Positions 59,582-64,000 of a DNA stretch of 64,000 nt are shown here, one piece after another. Both the position numbers and the translations under genes were made by a program. The first letter of the stretch is position 1; every line of letters starts with the position of its first letter. Below the pieces are notes generated by a model that was given only the letters and a program-made list of their open reading frames with translations, ran no database searches and was not told the DNA's origin. The DNA is from Syntrophales bacterium. Its GTDB lineage: Bacteria; Desulfobacterota; Syntrophia; Syntrophales; UBA6807. The stretch is from assembly GCA_040767195.1 (NCBI GenBank), contig JAXGPA010000001.1, positions 736,001 to 800,000 on the forward strand, given 5' to 3'.

Positions 59582-60319
59582 TCAGATCGTCCTTTCCGCC
59601 CGGCTCCGAAAGACTTCGTAAAGGAAGATTCCCGCGGCAACGGAAACATTGAGAGAATCGAAGCCTCCCGACATGGGGAGGGTCACCAGGGCATCGCACT
59701 TGTTTCGCACCAGGGGCCGCATGCCCTTTCCCTCACTTCCGAAAACGATCCCCACGGGCCCGCTGAAATCGATTTTCCGGGGATCGACGCCCGCTTTCGG
59801 GTCGGCGCCGTAAATCCAGAAACCGCGATCTTTCATGTCGTCCAGAACCCGGGCCAGGTTAACCACCGGGGCGACGGGCACGTGGAGGAGGGCCCCCGAG
59901 GAGGCTTTCATAACCGCCGCCGTGACCCGGACGGAACGATCCCGGGGAAGAAGAACCCCTCGAACACCATAGCAGTGTGCCGTGCGAAGAATGGACCCCA
60001 GGTTTCGGGGGTCCGAAAGACCGTCCAGAAGAATGAGAATCCCGCCCGTTTCCACCGCCGGGCCGAGAAGGTCATCCGCAGCGGCGTAGCGATACTCGGA
60101 ACAGCGCGCCACGACGCCCTGGTGGGCGCCCCCGGCCGCCAGCTCGTCCATTTCCTTTTTCTGCCGGTATTCAACGGAAACGCCTTTCTGGCGGGCAAGG
60201 TCGAGAATCCCGGACAACCGGGCGTCCCCGCCTTCCCGCGCCACGAGGACCGTCTTCACGTCCCACGTCCCGCTGAGAAGGGCCTCCCGTACGGGATTTC
60301 TGCCATAGATGACAAACAA
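59582..60319 (-). CDS. rlmB: 23S rRNA (G2251) 2'-O-methyltransferase
   Basis: YGRNPVREAL, HQGVVA, DPRNLGSILR, GSEGKG and SLNVSVA. Confidence 0.93.
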   Translation of the reverse strand: MFVIYGRNPVREALLSGTWDVKTVLVAREGGDARLSGILDLARQKGVSVEYRQKKEMDELAAGGAHQGVVARCSEYRYAAADDLLGPAVETGGILILLDGLSDPRNLGSILRTAHCYGVRGVLLPRDRSVRVTAAVMKASSGALLHVPVAPVVNLARVLDDMKDRGFWIYGADPKAGVDPRKIDFSGPVGIVFGSEGKGMRPLVRNKCDALVTLPMSGGFDSLNVSVAAGIFLYEVFRSRAERTI

Positions 60320-60362
60320 GGGCCTTCTCCCGTTTTTCAGGTGCGCCTATCCGAAAGGATTT

Positions 60363-61127
60363 TCAGCGATTGGGAATCTTTTTTTCTTCCAGGGCGAGAT
60401 CGATTTCTTTCCCGATCTCCCGGGCCGCCGCCACGGGATCGGCGGCGGAGCGGATAGGCCGACCGATGACCAGGAAATCGGATCCGGCGGCGATGGCTCC
60501 CGCAGGCGTCTCCACCCGCTTCTGGTCATCCCCGGAAACAGGCTCCCATCGAATTCCCGGCGTCACGAGCGTGAAATCGGGCCCACAGGCCCGGCGGATG
60601 GCGGTAGCCTCCCGGGCCGAGCAGACCACGCCGTCGACGCCCGCTTCACGGGCCATGACGGCGAGCCGGAGGGCAAGACGGTCCGCCGTTTCCCCGTATC
60701 CCAGGTCCCGAAGATCGCTGTCGGAGAGGCTGGTGAGAACCGTGACGGCCAGGACAACAGGCGGCGTGGTCTCCTTTTTTCCGGCCGCCGCCCGGACGGC
60801 GGAAACGGCCTGACGCATCATTTCCCTTCCACCGCCGGCGTGAACATTGAACATGGCGACGTCCCAGCGCACGGCCGCCTCGGCCGCCCGGGCCACCGTG
60901 TTGGGGATGTCATGAAACTTCAGATCGAGAAAAACGTTCCCTCCCCGGGCGGTTATTTCCCGGAGAATGGAGGGGCCGAAATGGGTGAACGATTCCTTGC
61001 CCACCTTGAAGAGCCCCACGTGGTCCTTCAGAAGGTCCACCCACCGGAGAGCGTCAGCGAGACGTTCCCCCGTGTCGATGGCGAAGATGATACGGTCTTT
61101 TCCCGAATCAATCGAGATCATCCTCAT
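60363..61127 (-). CDS. pyrF: Orotidine-5'-phosphate decarboxylase
   Basis: FKVG, FLDLKFHDIPNT, VTVLTS, TPGIR, DDQKR and VIGRPI. Confidence 0.95.
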   Translation of the reverse strand: MRMISIDSGKDRIIFAIDTGERLADALRWVDLLKDHVGLFKVGKESFTHFGPSILREITARGGNVFLDLKFHDIPNTVARAAEAAVRWDVAMFNVHAGGGREMMRQAVSAVRAAAGKKETTPPVVLAVTVLTSLSDSDLRDLGYGETADRLALRLAVMAREAGVDGVVCSAREATAIRRACGPDFTLVTPGIRWEPVSGDDQKRVETPAGAIAAGSDFLVIGRPIRSAADPVAAAREIGKEIDLALEEKKIPNR

Positions 61128-61380
61128 CCCCGACAAACTCGGTGTCCATATCCGTGTACTTGTCGTTTTCCATACGGGTGTGAAGATACTCGGCATGGGC
61201 GAACCGGACCTTTCCGGCGGCGATTTCCCGGAGGGCCGTCACGATTTCCCGGTTTCCCCGGTCGGGGATGAGCATCCGGGACTCCTTGAGGAGCTGCTTG
61301 GTCCTCTGGGCGGACAGGATGACGAGGGCGAACCTGTTGAAGGCCACCCTCAAGGAATCTTCCACGGTAATTCTTGCCAT
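61108..61380 (-). CDS. rpoZ: RNA polymerase omega subunit
   Basis: MARITVED, NRFALV and ALREIA. Confidence 0.93.
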   Translation of the reverse strand: MARITVEDSLRVAFNRFALVILSAQRTKQLLKESRMLIPDRGNREIVTALREIAAGKVRFAHAEYLHTRMENDKYTDMDTEFVGDEDDLD

Positions 61381-61399
61381 ACGATTCAATACCTCCCCG

Positions 61400-62050
61400 T
61401 TATCGGCGAAGGAAGGGGCTGAGCCTCTTTTCCTGCCGGCCGACTCTTATTTTTTCCGCCACGTAAACGGCTTTCATGGCGTCGATGGATGTCTTGAGAT
61501 CTTCATTGAAAATCACATAATCATACCACAACGCCTCCTGAATTTCATCAAGGGCCCGTGAAATTCTCCTTTTCAGGGCATCACGGTCCTCAGAACCCCT
61601 CTGGGACAGCCTTTCCTCCAGGACCTCAAGGGATGGGGGAAGAATGAAGATGAAGACACCCCGGGGGAAATAGTCCCGTATGCGGCGCCCTCCCCGGGGA
61701 TCCACGTCAAAGAGAACATCCCGGCCCTGGCGAAGCTTCCCTTCCACCTCTTCCCGGGGCGTCCCGTAGTAGTGACCGAAATTTTCTTCCCATTCGAGAA
61801 ATTCGCCCTGCTCTATATTTTTCCGGAATGCCTCCCGGGAGATGAACCGGTAGTCCCGGCCGTCGACTTCCCCGGGCCTCGGGGCCCGGGTCGTGCTGGA
61901 AACGGAAAAATAAACATCGGGATAGGCCTTCAAAAAAGCCCTGCAGATGGAGGTCTTGCCGCCTCCGGAGGGGGCGGACACCACGAGGACGACATTCTGG
62001 TCTCTTCGGTCCGTTTCCATGGAAATCTCCGGCAAGGGCCTCTTTATCAC
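61400..62050 (-). CDS. gmk: Guanylate kinase
   Basis: SAPSGGGKTS, TTRAPRPGEVDGRDY and YYGT. Confidence 0.95.
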   Translation of the reverse strand: MIKRPLPEISMETDRRDQNVVLVVSAPSGGGKTSICRAFLKAYPDVYFSVSSTTRAPRPGEVDGRDYRFISREAFRKNIEQGEFLEWEENFGHYYGTPREEVEGKLRQGRDVLFDVDPRGGRRIRDYFPRGVFIFILPPSLEVLEERLSQRGSEDRDALKRRISRALDEIQEALWYDYVIFNEDLKTSIDAMKAVYVAEKIRVGRQEKRLSPFLRR

Positions 62051-62931
62051 TCTACGTTTTGAACCTGCTCCCGCAGCTTGGCCAGTTCACTCTTGATGTC
62101 TATCACCGCCCGGGCCATGTCGACGTCACCGCTTTTAGACCCTATCGTGTTGATTTCCCTGTGCATCTCCTGGAGCAGGAAGTCGAGTTTCCGACCCACC
62201 GGTTCGCCGCTCTCCAGCATTTCCAGGAACTGTTTCCCGTGACTTTCAAGACGGACCAATTCCTCCGTAATGTCGCTCTTTTCCACCAGGATGGCGATTT
62301 CCTGGGTCATCCGCCCTTCGTCCAGGGGCAATTCCCCCATGAGTTCCCGAACCCTCTCGGTAAACTTCCGCTGAAATTCCGCCTGAACGGCGGGAACCCG
62401 GGAACGGATCTGGTCGACCCATTGAAGGACATTCCCGACCCGGGCCAGCAGATCCTGGCGAAGGGCGTCCCCCTCGGTCTCCCGCATGGCCGTCAGGGCA
62501 TCCAGCGCCTTCGAGAGACCGGCGGTAACGAGGGCGCGGAGTTCCTCCGGGGCCGGGGCCGTTTCCTCGTAGACCAGGGCGTCCCGGACGGCGAGGGCCA
62601 TGGCCAGCGTGGGCCGGTCCTCGAAGCTGAATGTCTCACGGACTTTTTCCGCCTCCCGGAGGTAACGCTCGATGAGAGGGACGTTGGCCCGGAGAACGCC
62701 CGTCGTTTCGGCGCCGGGATCGACATCCAGCTGCAAGTTGACCTCCACCCGCCCGCGGGCGATGATCGCGGCCAGCTGTTTTCGAACATCGCTTTCCAGG
62801 GAGGCCAGGGCGCCGGGAAGACGGACAATGGCCTCCAGGTTTCGGTGATTCAGTGATTTTACTTCCACGGTAAGCTTTTTCCCCGCGGCGGCCGTCTCGG
62901 CTCTTCCGAATCCCGTCATGCTCCGAATCAT
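62047..62931 (-). CDS. yicC: YicC/YloC family endoribonuclease
   Basis: IRSMTGFG, DITEE..RL, GRKLDFL.QE..REINTIGSK and REQVQNVE. Confidence 0.95.
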   Translation of the reverse strand: MIRSMTGFGRAETAAAGKKLTVEVKSLNHRNLEAIVRLPGALASLESDVRKQLAAIIARGRVEVNLQLDVDPGAETTGVLRANVPLIERYLREAEKVRETFSFEDRPTLAMALAVRDALVYEETAPAPEELRALVTAGLSKALDALTAMRETEGDALRQDLLARVGNVLQWVDQIRSRVPAVQAEFQRKFTERVRELMGELPLDEGRMTQEIAILVEKSDITEELVRLESHGKQFLEMLESGEPVGRKLDFLLQEMHREINTIGSKSGDVDMARAVIDIKSELAKLREQVQNVE

Positions 62932-63494
62932 TGTGTCACGCCTTCCCGGTCACGGACCGGGCTCCTTTCCGTTTCCTTCCGTTGAAGGAGATATTTTCTC
63001 CGGATGGACAGGAGCATCTGGTGCATCCGCTCCTCCCGATAGTCCGGATAGGTCCAGGGAAGCGGGTGAAAGGCCCCGTCCCTGTAAATAAGGGTGAGAT
63101 CGGCATAAATGCCCTGCCTCAGGTAGGGCCGGTGCGCGTATCCTTTTCCGGTGGCCAGGATCAGGTGAAAGGCCGACAGATACCCCGGGTCGATGTTGAT
63201 CCTTCTTTTGCCGTTCAGAGCCGTCCCGTCCTCCAGGTCATTGGTCCAGATCTTGATTCCCGGAAGCCTGTCCGGCGCGATGAGGGTCTCGAAGGACAGG
63301 AGCCGTCGTTCCAGGAAAGGACCTATCTCGTCAGCGTAATAATCGGTATAGGTAAAGGGGATATACTCGCTCACGAAGTCGGGCGGTCCCGCCCCGGCGG
63401 CGAGGTCCCCCATGATCCCGCTCATCAGGTCCCGGTCCCCGGACAGGAGACTCATGATCAGTTTGACGGGCTCGGGCTTTCGGACGCGGCTCAC
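62928..63494 (-). CDS. DUF4416-family protein
   Basis: YTDYY..E.G, RRINIDPGY, LATGK..HR.YL..GIY and PWTYPDY. Confidence 0.85.
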   Translation of the reverse strand: MSRVRKPEPVKLIMSLLSGDRDLMSGIMGDLAAGAGPPDFVSEYIPFTYTDYYADEIGPFLERRLLSFETLIAPDRLPGIKIWTNDLEDGTALNGKRRINIDPGYLSAFHLILATGKGYAHRPYLRQGIYADLTLIYRDGAFHPLPWTYPDYREERMHQMLLSIRRKYLLQRKETERSPVRDREGVTQ

Positions 63495-64000
63495 AGGACC
63501 CGTCTCAACTCCTCCCGGGTCGCCGTGGCCGTTCCCACTTTGCCCACGACGATACCCGCGGCGTGATTGGCCAGCGCGGCCGCCTCCCTCAAAGTCGCCC
63601 CGGACGCGACGGCCAGGGCGAGCACCCCGATCACCGTGTCCCCCGCACCGGTGACATCGAAGACCTCCTTGGCCACGGCGGGGATGTGGACCGCTTCCCC
63701 GAGCCGCTCCACCAGGGTCATGCCTTCCTCTCCCCGGGTGATGAGGACCGACCCGACGTCATATTTTCGAAGCAGTTCCCGGCCCACCGCAACGATATCC
63801 CCCGTCCCCTCCCGCCCGAGAGCCCTCATGGCCTCGTGATGGTTGGGCGTAATGACGTGACAGCCTTCGTAAAGGGAGAAATCGTTCACCTTGGGGTCGG
63901 CGCAGAGAAAAACCTTCTCTTTTTCAAGAATCTTTCGAATCCCCTTGAGAAGGTCCCGGGAAACCATACCCTTGCCGTAATCGGAAATAACGACCGCCCC
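63491..64000 (-). CDS. rfaE1: D-glycero-beta-D-manno-heptose-7-phosphate kinase (RfaE domain I), 5' end outside the window
   Basis: Frame open to the window edge: VISDYGKG, DPK, TPN..E, DVTGAGDTV and VVGKVGT. Confidence 0.9.
   Translation of the reverse strand, partial: GAVVISDYGKGMVSRDLLKGIRKILEKEKVFLCADPKVNDFSLYEGCHVITPNHHEAMRALGREGTGDIVAVGRELLRKYDVGSVLITRGEEGMTLVERLGEAVHIPAVAKEVFDVTGAGDTVIGVLALAVASGATLREAAALANHAAGIVVGKVGTATATREELRRVL

Noticed and set aside
1..64000. CRISPR array, prophage, IS transposase or defence system
   Set aside because: No regularly spaced repeats and no such ORFs were recognised anywhere in the window.

Overview
GC-rich bacterial chromosome segment, most likely from an anaerobic Desulfobacterota (Syntrophales/Syntrophobacterales-like) organism. 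That assignment is inferred from gene content: AOR, a B12 mutase cluster, sigma54 two-component systems, a CFI-box protein, a CysK-CysS fusion and a palindromic intergenic repeat family. It holds about 60 CDSs and one tRNA-Pro(CGG). I saw no prophage, transposase, CRISPR or rRNA. The left and middle parts are accessory metabolism and transport; the right end is housekeeping (pilC, rlmB, pyrF, rpoZ, gmk, yicC, rfaE1). Five signals stand out. (1) A ~640-nt minus-strand transcript candidate (about 5090 to 4446) in the gap next to a sensor kinase/NtrC-type pair; it has enhancer sites, a sigma54-like promoter, a terminator, hairpins with anti-Shine-Dalgarno loops and an embedded 72-aa ORF. (2) A membrane-protein gene (33..440) with an in-frame UGA in a U-x-x-C context followed by a SECIS-like hairpin, in a window that also carries yedE/yedF-type selenium genes. 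(3) A TAXI-TRAP, class III aminotransferase and BKACE cluster whose BKACE has Arg where Kce has Glu14. (4) An isobutyryl-CoA-mutase-type B12 cluster. (5) A palindromic repeat family that abuts start codons and may be inserted in frame in one gene. All product calls come from motif recognition only; no database searches were run.
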